Virus record (IMG/VR): IMGVR_UViG_3300025141_015211
Coordinates: 1-64,000 of that record
DNA length: 64,000 nt
Strand: one strand, 5' to 3'
DNA from: a virus
The notes under the pieces are model-generated. The model had not been told where the DNA came from and did no database searches. It saw only the letters and a list, made by a program, of their open reading frames with translations. Below are positions 9,544-19,500 of this stretch, piece by piece. Each line of letters opens with the position of its first letter. Position 1 is the first letter of the stretch. The translations under genes were made by a program, and so were the position numbers.

Positions 9544-9685
9544 TCTCTACTCTCGCACATGACTCCCAGGTCAAACCAACATCAGACCAATATATTTGTA
9601 CCACCTCTTTTGTTGGGTGCTTGTAAATGATTATGCCTATTGCATTATCATGTTTGCCCAAACTTACTAGATCACCGGGTGTCAT
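9479..9685 (-). CDS. small KOW/SH3-like protein
   Basis: MTPGDLV...IGIII...VEIIS. Confidence 0.6.
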   Translation of the reverse strand: MTPGDLVSLGKHDNAIGIIIYKHPTKEVVQIYWSDVGLTWESCARVEIISSFARREVCQDQKLYAHAL

Positions 9686-9709
9686 GTTAATATATATTGG
9701 TAGGATGTT

Positions 9710-10117
9710 ATGTCAGACAAAAACTTAAAAGAGGGTGACTTAATCATCGTGTCAGGCGAGACAATCAAAAAAGGTATGCCAATAGAAGAACATTATGCGC
9801 TTGCTAAAGTGCTTGCAGTAGGTAAGCATGATATCTTTGCAGCAACTGAAGACATGCGCCCTGTTGTCTTTCGTGTGTCTCGCTCAAGATGCACACCTAT
9901 TCCCTGTATTGAAACTCACCAATCTAAAGTTAGAGAAGCGCGTGTAGGTGATCTTGTTATGTCATTGACAGATAGATTTGGAAAAATAGAAAGACATGTA
10001 GGTGTTGTAGTAGAAATTAATAATTTACCTGGCAAGCATCCAATAGCTAAAATACTTGATGGTGACAAGGAGCACGCAGTAGCTTACGACTCGCTTATTG
10101 TATTAGGTGAAAACTAA
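9710..10117 (+). CDS. tandem KOW/SH3-like protein
   Basis: LKEGDLII and RVGDLV repeats. Confidence 0.6.
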   Translation: MSDKNLKEGDLIIVSGETIKKGMPIEEHYALAKVLAVGKHDIFAATEDMRPVVFRVSRSRCTPIPCIETHQSKVREARVGDLVMSLTDRFGKIERHVGVVVEINNLPGKHPIAKILDGDKEHAVAYDSLIVLGEN

Positions 10118-10306
10118 ATGAGACACAGCAAGGCACGATGTATATAAAGTAGTAGCAACAAAGTCTGCTGACAGTCTGAGCCTAAACAAAGTTGTATGAA
10201 GTTTGATACAAACACTGTTAATTTTGTAATTTTACTTACAACAATTTAAAAAAATCTTTAAGGTAAAAATTTTCCCTCGGGAAAAAATTGTTTAGAATAT
10301 TTATAT

Positions 10307-10564
10307 ATGATGGATACAATTGAAAACGATGTGCTAGATACAATTTCAGCATTAGCTGCTGATGACCTGCCATGTTATGTTTTAAGTGGTAGCGGTCCTG
10401 GCTGGTTTTTCAGCCCTGACACTTGTCAGATGGTTTGCGTTCATAGGGGTACAGAAATTATACCTATAGATGAATTTAATAATGACGACAAAGTACTTGT
10501 GAGTTCTCCTACCCATGTCTTCCTCATCTCAAAAAAAGAAATCGTTGAAATCGGCTACAACTAA
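10307..10564 (+). CDS. hypothetical protein
   Basis: 85 aa ORF after ATATTTA. Confidence 0.55.
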   Translation: MMDTIENDVLDTISALAADDLPCYVLSGSGPGWFFSPDTCQMVCVHRGTEIIPIDEFNNDDKVLVSSPTHVFLISKKEIVEIGYN

Positions 10565-10940
10565 AAGAAGACGAAAGTTTAAAGTAGGTGATATTGTTTT
10601 AGCATCTTCTGTTGCAGGAGATTCTATTCCTCATACGCATGTCAAACTTTTAAAGAGGATCGAAGTAAAACCTACGCCTGGAAAGTTTACGGGCTTTAAA
10701 AAATCTATGGATTGGCCGGGTTACACAGGGTGGGAAGCAACACTAATTTACCAAGATGAGATTGATCTTCTTAGAAAAAAATGGGGAATCCCTTATACTT
10801 CACCGGGTAAAGACATAACATTTGTCTATGACGATTGCATCATAAAAAAAGTAAAAATAAATCAGAAAAAACATGAACAATCACACAAAAACAGTAAAAT
10901 TCATAGTAAGGTAAATAAGAATGGCAAGAAATCAAATTAA
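10515..10940 (+). CDS. hypothetical KOW-like protein
   Basis: FKVGDIV motif. Confidence 0.55.
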   Translation: MSSSSQKKKSLKSATTKRRRKFKVGDIVLASSVAGDSIPHTHVKLLKRIEVKPTPGKFTGFKKSMDWPGYTGWEATLIYQDEIDLLRKKWGIPYTSPGKDITFVYDDCIIKKVKINQKKHEQSHKNSKIHSKVNKNGKKSN

Positions 10941-11187
10941 TACAGTTGGACCAGATTTTCACGAAGAAATCGCTACTTCTTTTAAACGTCAAAAGAACGG
11001 TCAATATAGAAAATTATTAACTACATGTAGAAGAGACTGGAAAACAAATGCAGTCAAAGAGCTCGGAACAGAGGAGACTGATGAATATTATGAAATTACA
11101 AAAGAAGCCGATTATGATGAAGAGTTTAAATTTTCTGATTACGACGGCAATCCTGCAATCTTAAAACTTAAGTTAATCAAGAAATGA
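10921..11187 (+). CDS. hypothetical protein
   Basis: ATGA-coupled to the helicase gene. Confidence 0.6.
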   Translation: MARNQINTVGPDFHEEIATSFKRQKNGQYRKLLTTCRRDWKTNAVKELGTEETDEYYEITKEADYDEEFKFSDYDGNPAILKLKLIKK

Positions 11188-12806
11188 CATTTAAATATCA
11201 AACACTGTTTCCTCACGATCAAGAAAGACAAGAACAAACTGCTGCAATTAAATTTGCGCTTGATGCAGTTTTCAATCAAAACAAACGTTTTGTTATCATT
11301 GAAGCGGGAACAGGTGTTGGAAAATCTGCAGTTGGTTTAACTGTAGGTCGTTATATCAACAAAAAAAAGCAAGCAACAGAAGAATTTGCAGAAGGGACAT
11401 ATTTTGTAACAACACAGAAAATTCTACAAGACCAGTATGTTAAAGATTTTGGTGGGCCTCGCAAGCAAATGAAGTCTATTAAGTCGTCTTCAAATTACAC
11501 ATGTAAGTTTCATAAAAAACTTTCTTGTCAACAAGCACAACAGATGTTAAGAACAACAGACAAATCATCTAAATTTTTTAAAGCATGTTCTTTTGCGTGT
11601 GTGTATAAAGAAGAAAAAAAGAAATTTATAGAGTCAACAGAATCAGTTACAAACTTTCCTTATTTTTTGACAGAAGCAACGTTTTCAGGGAAAATTATAC
11701 CGCGTCACTGCTTAATAGTAGATGAAGCACACAATGTAGAGTCAGAACTTAGCAAGTTCATTGAAATACACGCATCAGAAAGATTTTGCAAATCAATCTT
11801 AAACATACCGTGGCCTAGAAATGTGTCAACGCAATATCAAGCTTTTGGGTGGATTAAAAGTGAATACTATCCAAAAGTTAAGTCTAAACTATCATTCTTC
11901 GAAAGCTCATTAGAGAAGTCAGGATTAAAATCACGCCTCAAAGAGTTTGAAAAAGTTTCACGACAGTATGACTTATTAAAAGGACATGTCTCTAAAATTA
12001 AAAAGTTTCTAGAAATTTATGATAGCAGTAATTGGGTGTTTGAGCTTGTTCCTTCTCAAAATAGATCGATGAGAAAATTTGTATTCAAACCTATTGATAT
12101 CTCAAGTTTTGCTAAGGAACACCTTTTTCGTCTTGGCGGCACTGTAGTCATGATGAGCGCAACAATCCTAGATCACAAAACATTTTGTAACTCTTTAGGG
12201 ATAGACATAAATGATGCTGCATTCATATCTTTGCCCAGTCCATTCCCACCAGAGAATCGACCTATTATTGCTGCACCGATTGGCAAAATGAACATGAGAG
12301 AGATTAATACAACACTGCCTAAGTTAACTAAAGCAGTCAAAGAGATTCTTAATAATCACAAGGGTGAAAAGGGTATCATACATTGTCACACATTTAAAAT
12401 TGCAAATCACCTTAAAAATTCAATTAAAAATAAAAGACTGATTATTCATGATAGCTCAAACAGAGAAGAAAAGCTAAATGAACACATGAATTCAAAAAAT
12501 GATACAGTATTACTATCACCTTCAATGGCGGAAGGTGTTGACTTGAAGGGTGACTTTAGTAGATTTCAGATTATATGCAAAGTGCCATACCCATATCTCG
12601 GGGATAAAATTGTAAAGAAACGAATGAACAAATGGAAACGCTGGTATGATCTACAAACTGCAAAATTAATTGTGCAATCTGCAGGAAGATCAGTTAGGAG
12701 CATTGATGACACTGCAGTCACTTATATTTTAGATGCTGACTGGAACAGGTTTTATTCAAAAAATGCTGATATCTTACCTGAGGGTTTTAAAAAATGTATA
12801 GTTTAA
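11184..12806 (+). CDS. dinG: DinG/XPD-family ATP-dependent helicase
   Basis: EAGTGVGKS, DEAH, SAT, EGVD, QSAGRSVR; four Cys placed as Fe-S ligands. Confidence 0.9.
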   Translation: MTFKYQTLFPHDQERQEQTAAIKFALDAVFNQNKRFVIIEAGTGVGKSAVGLTVGRYINKKKQATEEFAEGTYFVTTQKILQDQYVKDFGGPRKQMKSIKSSSNYTCKFHKKLSCQQAQQMLRTTDKSSKFFKACSFACVYKEEKKKFIESTESVTNFPYFLTEATFSGKIIPRHCLIVDEAHNVESELSKFIEIHASERFCKSILNIPWPRNVSTQYQAFGWIKSEYYPKVKSKLSFFESSLEKSGLKSRLKEFEKVSRQYDLLKGHVSKIKKFLEIYDSSNWVFELVPSQNRSMRKFVFKPIDISSFAKEHLFRLGGTVVMMSATILDHKTFCNSLGIDINDAAFISLPSPFPPENRPIIAAPIGKMNMREINTTLPKLTKAVKEILNNHKGEKGIIHCHTFKIANHLKNSIKNKRLIIHDSSNREEKLNEHMNSKNDTVLLSPSMAEGVDLKGDFSRFQIICKVPYPYLGDKIVKKRMNKWKRWYDLQTAKLIVQSAGRSVRSIDDTAVTYILDADWNRFYSKNADILPEGFKKCIV

Positions 12807-12822
12807 CTATAACGGAGACAAG

Positions 12823-14013
12823 ATGACAATACCTTCAATTTTACTATCGCTGTGCTTAGGCAATGCTCTAGCATCAGACTTATCTGACAGCGAAACTTCG
12901 TACACAGGTGCGACTATCCTCGAAGGAGACTGGGATGTAACGTTTGAAAATAGCGTTGACATCTCCGGCAGTGAGGAACGATTTCCGTACGCATTCTTCG
13001 AAGGGAACACGCTCTACGTCGGTAACTCGGACATTTACGATAACACTATTGATGCCATCGTTGAGTTCTTCTGGTTCGAATCATCGATCGATAGAGGTAC
13101 AGATTTTTATGTTGCCGTCATCAAGACTCGGGTTACTCCGGGACACAACTGTTACTACGCGCCATGGGATTGGGCTCGTGGGGCACAATGTAAACTTTGG
13201 GCGGACGAGTGGTCGGATTGGGGTGAATATCCCGTTATAAGCGTTGAAGCCATGACAGATATTGAGCGTGAGCAGGGCGCTTTTAGATGGGATTGGTCAG
13301 TTCCGTTTGAGAGTTATGGTATTGATGCTTACGGTCAGGTGACGTTCCAGAACAAATATGGCATCGGATCAGATTCTGAAGGCGCAGTTATGGCACATGC
13401 CGCCTATCCCCTGGATGAAGACGGTGACATGAAGGCTGAGGGCAATGTCCAGGTTAAGGGGTACCACTCTTCAGAGTATTCTGTGCAGACACAGTATGAG
13501 GTGACGTTATATGAATGGGACGTCTCTGTGGATGGTAGAGCAGACTTGATGGCTTGGGATATGTATCTTAACCTTGGAGCAAGAGAAACACAATCTGCCT
13601 ACCACGAGTACTTCTTAAGTGTACAGGTTGAAGAAGGTCAGCCTTTTATGATTGATGAGTTTAACTTTGTTGGGAATTTTGACACCGGGTGGTACGATCC
13701 CTTTCACTATGAATTAGGTTTGTCACTTGAAGGTCTTACAATATCTCAACCCTATTACGAACCAGCAAGCGAAGATCATGGCGAAGAAGATGAACCTGTC
13801 ACAGAATCTGAAGATACGGGTGACGTAGACACAGGCGATAGTGAAGAAGAGCAGGAACAGGATGAAGGCACTGACTACGGAGAAGGAATGACAAATCTCG
13901 ATGAGTACAACCATGCAAAAGACACTACAGGCGGTTGCTCTACTATAAACACTACTAGTGTTCCTTGGTTTGTCTCGCTTCTCTTACCATTAGCGTTCAT
14001 ACGCAAACAGTAG
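12823..14013 (+). CDS. secreted acidic protein with MYXO-CTERM-like sorting tail
   Basis: signal peptide; DTG-rich linker; GGCST...PWFVSLLLPLAFIRKQ. Confidence 0.7.
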   Translation: MTIPSILLSLCLGNALASDLSDSETSYTGATILEGDWDVTFENSVDISGSEERFPYAFFEGNTLYVGNSDIYDNTIDAIVEFFWFESSIDRGTDFYVAVIKTRVTPGHNCYYAPWDWARGAQCKLWADEWSDWGEYPVISVEAMTDIEREQGAFRWDWSVPFESYGIDAYGQVTFQNKYGIGSDSEGAVMAHAAYPLDEDGDMKAEGNVQVKGYHSSEYSVQTQYEVTLYEWDVSVDGRADLMAWDMYLNLGARETQSAYHEYFLSVQVEEGQPFMIDEFNFVGNFDTGWYDPFHYELGLSLEGLTISQPYYEPASEDHGEEDEPVTESEDTGDVDTGDSEEEQEQDEGTDYGEGMTNLDEYNHAKDTTGGCSTINTTSVPWFVSLLLPLAFIRKQ

Positions 14014-14014
14014 A

Positions 14015-14230
14015 ATGTTTGAAGTAGGAGACTTAGTTACACGTCATACAATTGAAGATTCTTACTATGGGTTCTCTGCATCTAATTTAAGAATCGGTAT
14101 AATAGTAGGTACTACACCAAGAAAACGTAGTTCGCAAGACTTAAAGTGGTATGACATTTTATTCAATGGAGATATCAAAACGGCTCGTGAAGACGAGATT
14201 TATAAGCTAGAGGAAGATAAACATGATTAG
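14015..14230 (+). CDS. small KOW/SH3-like protein
   Basis: MFEVGDLV. Confidence 0.6.
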   Translation: MFEVGDLVTRHTIEDSYYGFSASNLRIGIIVGTTPRKRSSQDLKWYDILFNGDIKTAREDEIYKLEEDKHD

Positions 14231-14429
14231 AAGACCCCCATTTACATTCAAGATAGGCGACGTTGTTAAGATAAAAAAGTCAGGTGACATTGGAATAGTT
14301 GTTGAATCTGACTGGATGGATTATTATACAGAAGGTCGTCCTATAAAAACAGTTGAGACTGAACGTGTTCACCTGTCTAGTAATAGAGGACTTGATGTTA
14401 TTCATGCTAACGATGTTGAACTAGCATAG
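14223..14429 (+). CDS. small KOW/SH3-like protein
   Basis: FKIGDVVKI...GIVV. Confidence 0.6.
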   Translation: MIRRPPFTFKIGDVVKIKKSGDIGIVVESDWMDYYTEGRPIKTVETERVHLSSNRGLDVIHANDVELA

Positions 14430-14496
14430 TTTTTATGTTTCTCGTGTATAGTATGTGAATACATGATACAATTATAGTAACAGACAAAGGAGAAAA

Positions 14497-14691
14497 ATGT
14501 CTACAGAAGAAACTAACTTAACTGCAACGCACCTTACAGATGATCAACTTGAACGAATTGCTGAGAGTTTTGAAAATCTTAATTCTCGTCTTGACAGATA
14601 TGACAGAATTCTTTCAAGCACACTTTCAACATTAAGTATTATGAGCGTTGTATTTCTTGCAGGCGCAGGTCTTGCCAGCATTCTTTACTAA
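14497..14691 (+). CDS. small coiled-coil membrane protein
   Basis: AAGGAG RBS; C-terminal TM segment; TGTATA-N16-TACAAT upstream. Confidence 0.65.
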   Translation: MSTEETNLTATHLTDDQLERIAESFENLNSRLDRYDRILSSTLSTLSIMSVVFLAGAGLASILY

Positions 14692-15311
14692 TGATCAAAG
14701 TTCTCGGTAGTCTACCAGAAAAGACATATGTTGCTTGTTCTGGCGGTCCTGACTCGATGGCGATTCTTGACTTTCTTATTCGCGGAAAGCGAGATGTAAC
14801 TGTTGCACACTTTAATCATGACACTCCTTTCGGTAGATTCGCAGAGAAATTTGTAAAAAGCTATTGTGAAAAGAATGATATTAAGTTAGTGATTGGCAAT
14901 ATTCAAAAAGAAAAAGACAGCAAAGAATCATGGGAAGAGTACTGGCGGAATGAAAGATATAGATTTTTTGAATCACTCGACGGACCGGTAATTACTGCAC
15001 ATCATCTAGATGACGTTGTTGAGTGGTGGACATTTACAAGCTTTCATGGTAATCCACGATTAATCCCGTATCGAAGAAACAAAACTATTCGTCCCTTTTT
15101 ATCTACTACAAAGAACGAAATCTGGAATTGGGTAGATAGAAAAGATATACCGTATGTCACAGATCCCGGGAATTTTGATGACAAGTTTGCTCGATCATAC
15201 ATTAGAAATAATATCATACCTCAGGCCTTGAAGATTAATCCCGGCTTGAGAAAAGTTATAAAGAAAAAGGTAATGAAAGACTATGAAGATAAAAAGAGAG
15301 AAGCCTGCTAA
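14691..15311 (+). CDS. tilS: tRNA(Ile)-lysidine synthetase, catalytic domain only
   Basis: SGGPDS PP-loop, RNERY, TAHHLDD..E, IRP, DPGN, R..IR motifs. Confidence 0.88.
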   Translation: MIKVLGSLPEKTYVACSGGPDSMAILDFLIRGKRDVTVAHFNHDTPFGRFAEKFVKSYCEKNDIKLVIGNIQKEKDSKESWEEYWRNERYRFFESLDGPVITAHHLDDVVEWWTFTSFHGNPRLIPYRRNKTIRPFLSTTKNEIWNWVDRKDIPYVTDPGNFDDKFARSYIRNNIIPQALKINPGLRKVIKKKVMKDYEDKKREAC

Positions 15312-15501
15312 TATTTCAATTCCAGGTGATGCGTTGTTGAAGCTGCCTATAGGAAAGTTTGTTGCATGTCAGTATTCTTTAGTAGACGGTAGGTCAACCC
15401 CGACTATTATTTGGACTTACGCAGATGAAAGAAAGTGCTTACGTTCTGCCTGCTTTGATTTTTACGGAGATTATTTAGGAGAATTAGAAAATGAACAATA
15501 G
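15283..15501 (+). CDS. hypothetical protein
   Basis: 72 aa ORF overlapping both neighbours. Confidence 0.5.
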   Translation: MKIKREKPANISIPGDALLKLPIGKFVACQYSLVDGRSTPTIIWTYADERKCLRSACFDFYGDYLGELENEQ

Positions 15502-16522
15502 CGTATGTTTTGACGATGTGTTGCTAGTGCCACAATTTAGCGATATCACCTCACGGAAAGAAATTGAACTCACAGCTTATCTAGATAATAATCATCGATT
15601 TAGACTGCCTGTAATATCAAGCCCGATGGATACAGTCACTGGACCACAAATGGCTCGTACTATGTCAGAGCTAGGAGGTCTTGGAATTATTCACAGATAT
15701 AACACAGTGACTGATCAAGTTGCAATGGTTGAAAAGGCATTACAAATGGATTATCCGGATGGAAATGAAATAGTTGGTGTTGCTGTGGGAGTTTCGGGTG
15801 ATTATATAGAACGTGCTTCACTGGCAGCTAGAGCTGGTGCAAAAGTCATTTGTGTAGACATTGCTCACGGTCATCACACACTTATGCGCCATGCGCTTAA
15901 AACTTTGCGGAATACTCTTGGCAATAGTGTTCACATCATGGCAGGAAATGTTGCAACGCTCGAGGCTTTTAATGATCTTGCTGATTGGGGTGCAGACTCA
16001 GTTCGTGTGGGCATCGGTGGAGGTTCAATCTGTTCAACAAGGATTCAAACGGGTCACGGAATGCCCACTCTACAATCTGTAATTGATTGTGCAAGATCTG
16101 ATCGTGACACTGCGCTTATTGCTGATGGTGGAATTAGAACTAGCGGTGATATTGTAAAAGCACTTGCAGCAGGTGCAGATTTTGTAATGTTGGGCTCTCT
16201 GCTTGCAGGAACAGAAGAATCACCTGGTGATACCATATTTGACAAAGGTGGTCAAAGGAAAGTATATAGAGGTATGGCTAGTAAAGATGCACAAATGGAT
16301 TGGCGAGGTCACACAGCGTCAGAAGAAGGTGTGTCATCAACTGTACCATACAAGGGTGATGTGTCTGATGTCTTATCATCACTTGAGAAAGGGGTTCGTA
16401 GCGGACTTTCTTATACTGGTGCCTGTAGCTTAAAAGAGTTGCGAGCTAAAGCACAATTCATCAAACAGACTGCCTCGGGTCAGAGGGAAAGTTCTACACA
16501 TATTATGTTGAATAATGTGTAA
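15491..16522 (+). CDS. IMP dehydrogenase/GMP reductase family, no CBS domains
   Basis: [33 protein letters not shown]. Confidence 0.9.
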   Translation: MNNSVCFDDVLLVPQFSDITSRKEIELTAYLDNNHRFRLPVISSPMDTVTGPQMARTMSELGGLGIIHRYNTVTDQVAMVEKALQMDYPDGNEIVGVAVGVSGDYIERASLAARAGAKVICVDIAHGHHTLMRHALKTLRNTLGNSVHIMAGNVATLEAFNDLADWGADSVRVGIGGGSICSTRIQTGHGMPTLQSVIDCARSDRDTALIADGGIRTSGDIVKALAAGADFVMLGSLLAGTEESPGDTIFDKGGQRKVYRGMASKDAQMDWRGHTASEEGVSSTVPYKGDVSDVLSSLEKGVRSGLSYTGACSLKELRAKAQFIKQTASGQRESSTHIMLNNV

Positions 16523-16545
16523 ATTACTGTTAAGCATGTTATAAT
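16518..16545 (+). promoter_or_regulatory. class A promoter upstream of tRNA-CAT
   Basis: TGTAAA-N16-TATAAT. Confidence 0.7.
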
Positions 16546-16554
16546 AAAGTTCAT

Positions 16555-16631
16555 AGGGATATAGCTCAATTGGTTAGAGCGTCGGTCTCATAAACCGCAG
16601 GTTCCGGGTTCAAGTCCCGGTATCCCTACCA
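16555..16631 (+). tRNA. tRNA-CAT (Ile2 or elongator Met)
   Basis: cloverleaf AGGGATA/TATCCCT, loop CT-CAT-AA, encoded CCA; lacks initiator features. Confidence 0.9.
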
Positions 16632-16647
16632 TTTAAAAGATATAAAA

Positions 16648-17055
16648 ATGCTAAACTCATCTCATGAAATCGTTGTATCAAAACTAGTGTATGGCGTTAG
16701 CTCAAAAAATCAATGTGAAAATACTTTAAAGTTTATTCAATTTTTTGATAATCACAATGTTAAAAAAGATTACATCATAAAGAGTAAGCTTGATTATTTT
16801 ATGCATGATCCCGTATCAAAACTTTTGCAAGCAGAAGCAGAGCCTTCTTATGTTTGTGGTGTCATGATAGGAATATCATACACAGGGCTGTGTCATATTA
16901 ATGAAGAAGTTTTAAGCTCAGCACAAAATATGTTCAATGATAGCCTAAATGAGTATAATATCTATATAAAGAAAATCGATGGGTCTGATTCCATCGATTT
17001 AAATCCACAGCTTATTTTATTCGGAGAAGGAATTACACAATGGGAAACAAGTTAG
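16648..17055 (+). CDS. hypothetical protein
   Basis: 135 aa ORF. Confidence 0.5.
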   Translation: MLNSSHEIVVSKLVYGVSSKNQCENTLKFIQFFDNHNVKKDYIIKSKLDYFMHDPVSKLLQAEAEPSYVCGVMIGISYTGLCHINEEVLSSAQNMFNDSLNEYNIYIKKIDGSDSIDLNPQLILFGEGITQWETS

Positions 17056-17270
17056 AAAGACAAAATCAACACCAGAAAAGAATTAAATCTAAAATCAAAA
17101 GATTTGAAAAGCGAGGCTGGTCGACCGATGGCTTAAAGAAAGAGTTATCATATAGTACTGGTGAAGCAACTCGACCTGAATTTATATCAGGTCATGCAGC
17201 AGGTGATATCAAAGCACAAGAAAAGTTTGCAATGATTAGACTTAAGCGTCAGCAAGTATCGCAATCATAA
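17040..17270 (+). CDS. hypothetical basic protein
   Basis: 76 aa ORF with AAGGA RBS. Confidence 0.55.
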   Translation: MGNKLERQNQHQKRIKSKIKRFEKRGWSTDGLKKELSYSTGEATRPEFISGHAAGDIKAQEKFAMIRLKRQQVSQS

Positions 17271-17278
17271 TTTTTTAT

Positions 17279-17354
17279 TGCCCCTTAGCTCAGTTGGTAG
17301 AGCAGGTGACTGTTAATCACCTTGTCCGCGGTTCGAGCCCGCGAGGGGCAGCCA
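17279..17354 (+). tRNA. tRNA-Asn(GTT), canonical
   Basis: TGCCCCT/AGGGGCA acceptor, CT-GTT-AA loop, G73, CCA. Confidence 0.95.
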
Positions 17355-17372
17355 CTTTAAATTGAGAAATAA

Positions 17373-17975
17373 ATGTTTAAAACTTTAGTCATTGACCCGC
17401 CGTGGAAAAAGTCAACAGGAGGTGTTGGGCATGCAACGTTACAAGCATCAACCCATTATCCTGTCCAGACAAAAGAAGAGATAATTGGAACTATTCAAAA
17501 CTGGATTTCACAAAATCCAGTTGCTCCTGAAGCCCATCTTTATCTTTGGACTGTAAATACATTTGCAGGTGGAAAAAATCAAGGCATTATTCAGGCTCTA
17601 GACGTTTGTGAAAGTATTGGTTTCACACCCATTACGCTAATACCTTGGGTCAAGTCAAATGTAGGAAGCCCTACGCCTTATGGAATGAGATATACAGAAA
17701 TGTGTGTCTTTGCAGTGCGGTACGACAAAGGTAACGGAAAGCGTACAAGATATAGCGGAACGTTAGAAAAAGAGTCTGTACCAAATGATAGAGGCCTTTG
17801 TTCATCAAAAGATTATATTCTTGCGCCACGAAGGGAACATTCAAGGAAGCCCAAAGAATTCTATCAATGGGTCGAAAAAAGAAGCAAAGGGCCGTATTTA
17901 GATCTTTATTCTAGAACGACCAGAAAAGGATGGACTGACGTTGGTAATCAAGCAGGCACATGGAAAGCTGATTAA
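17373..17975 (+). CDS. MT-A70-family N6-adenine methyltransferase
   Basis: DPPW, LYLW, WVK, REHSRKP, LDLYSR...GW..GNQ. Confidence 0.9.
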   Translation: MFKTLVIDPPWKKSTGGVGHATLQASTHYPVQTKEEIIGTIQNWISQNPVAPEAHLYLWTVNTFAGGKNQGIIQALDVCESIGFTPITLIPWVKSNVGSPTPYGMRYTEMCVFAVRYDKGNGKRTRYSGTLEKESVPNDRGLCSSKDYILAPRREHSRKPKEFYQWVEKRSKGPYLDLYSRTTRKGWTDVGNQAGTWKAD

Positions 17976-18034
17976 AATATACATAAACTAAAAAGTTGTA
18001 TATTATTTATCAAAGCTTTTGAAAGAGGTGTCTT

Positions 18035-18241
18035 TTGATAAAATTCATTAAAAGAATCATTAATTATACACAGCCTAAAACAATTGTTGTAGCAGAAGAA
18101 GACGAAATAACAGACGAGATAGAAAAGTCACTTTGGGATATTAAACAAAAATATGACTTTGACACAGAAGAAATTTCAATAGTAGTTGAAGACTACAAAT
18201 CAATGAAACAGCGTCCAAGCGCTAACTTTAAAAAAGAGTAG
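18035..18241 (+). CDS. hypothetical protein
   Basis: GAGG RBS, TTG start. Confidence 0.5.
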   Translation: MIKFIKRIINYTQPKTIVVAEEDEITDEIEKSLWDIKQKYDFDTEEISIVVEDYKSMKQRPSANFKKE

Positions 18242-18245
18242 ACAA

Positions 18246-19049
18246 ATGTCATATTTGACAAAAGACATGGCCAAGAAAGCAATTCAAAAAATGCAATATT
18301 TTCACTCGCAAATTGAAACCTTATACAGTGAGTTTGACATAGACCTTTTAGCAAATAGCGGTCGTAGAAATGTTATGCTATCACACGCACAAGAAAAGTT
18401 TTTTGCTGAAGCTATATCAGAAGTTTTTCCAGGTGCAACTTCAGATGGTCGGACAGGTCAGGCGGATATCATTATTCCTGAAATTAAAAAAGAACTTGAA
18501 TGTAAACTTACAAGTGGCTCAGGAAAATATTCTGCTTTTGAACTTCAAACTGACTGGGAAACGCTGGTCAAGAAACAAAAACTTGACTATCTATATGTGT
18601 TAACTTCAAAAGAATTCGATGCATTTACTGTGTTGTTTTTCGATCAATTAACAGCAGATGATTTTTATCCTCCGTCTACTGGAGCACGAGGAAAATCAAG
18701 GATGAATAAGGCTAAGGGCATGCAAAAATGCACAGTCTTAGTCGGATCAGTAACAACAAAAAATGAATTTGAACTTAAGAAAATTAAATTTAAGCTTAAT
18801 GAAACACAATCCAAAAAGTCTGCACGTGTTAGGGAATTACAGGGTCGATTAAAGAATGCAAAAAAAATGACGCCTAAAAAGACAAAGATGGTCACAGGCA
18901 TTCTTGAAAGAGAATCAGCGAGATTTGATAAAAAAATTAATAAGCTTACAAAACGTGCAAAGTATTGGTGCAACGAAGGGCCAAAATTTAGATTTCACCT
19001 AGAGCAGATATGTATAGGAGATGGCACAAAAAGCGCTAATCTTAGATGA
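18246..19049 (+). CDS. putative PD-(D/E)xK restriction-like nuclease
   Basis: QADIII...ELECK motif close to the MTase gene. Confidence 0.5.
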   Translation: MSYLTKDMAKKAIQKMQYFHSQIETLYSEFDIDLLANSGRRNVMLSHAQEKFFAEAISEVFPGATSDGRTGQADIIIPEIKKELECKLTSGSGKYSAFELQTDWETLVKKQKLDYLYVLTSKEFDAFTVLFFDQLTADDFYPPSTGARGKSRMNKAKGMQKCTVLVGSVTTKNEFELKKIKFKLNETQSKKSARVRELQGRLKNAKKMTPKKTKMVTGILERESARFDKKINKLTKRAKYWCNEGPKFRFHLEQICIGDGTKSANLR

Positions 19050-19224
19050 ACTATTACTTGACGCAATATCGTCAGGCAGGTGCTTAACAGTCGGTAGAGA
19101 AAATCTAATAAGTCTTGATAACAAAATGAGACTATCAGGATTTATGTGGAGTGAGCACAAAAATAGGTACATAAAAGTTGAATTTGGTCCTCCGCCCATA
19201 AGAAAAGCTAGCAAAATATTGTGA
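19021..19224 (+). CDS. hypothetical protein
   Basis: AGGAG RBS. Confidence 0.5.
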   Translation: MAQKALILDELLLDAISSGRCLTVGRENLISLDNKMRLSGFMWSEHKNRYIKVEFGPPPIRKASKIL

Positions 19225-19466
19225 AGCCTGGCGATCTTGTCAGGTATGTTGAAAGAAGAAAAAGTAAAAATAGACACGTTTTGCCAAAAAATGTGTGTCC
19301 TGTGGGGATTATTATTTCTGTTGATGAAAAGACAATTCACAATGATGAGGGTCCAGAAGCTTTAATGCGAGTTGTAAGAGTTAAATGGTCAATTGATGCA
19401 TGGAATAATGATTCAGGACTTTCAGAAGAATGTTATACAGACTTAGAGATAATTCAAAACATCTGA
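19221..19466 (+). CDS. small KOW/SH3-like protein
   Basis: MKPGDLVRY...DLEII. Confidence 0.6.
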   Translation: MKPGDLVRYVERRKSKNRHVLPKNVCPVGIIISVDEKTIHNDEGPEALMRVVRVKWSIDAWNNDSGLSEECYTDLEIIQNI

Positions 19467-19500
19467 TTATACCACATTAGAATTACTAAGAGATTATACT

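Noticed and set aside
9356-9562. 68-aa ORF in the track
   Set aside because: Alternative frame overlapping the readthrough extension, which reads as the more protein-like sequence
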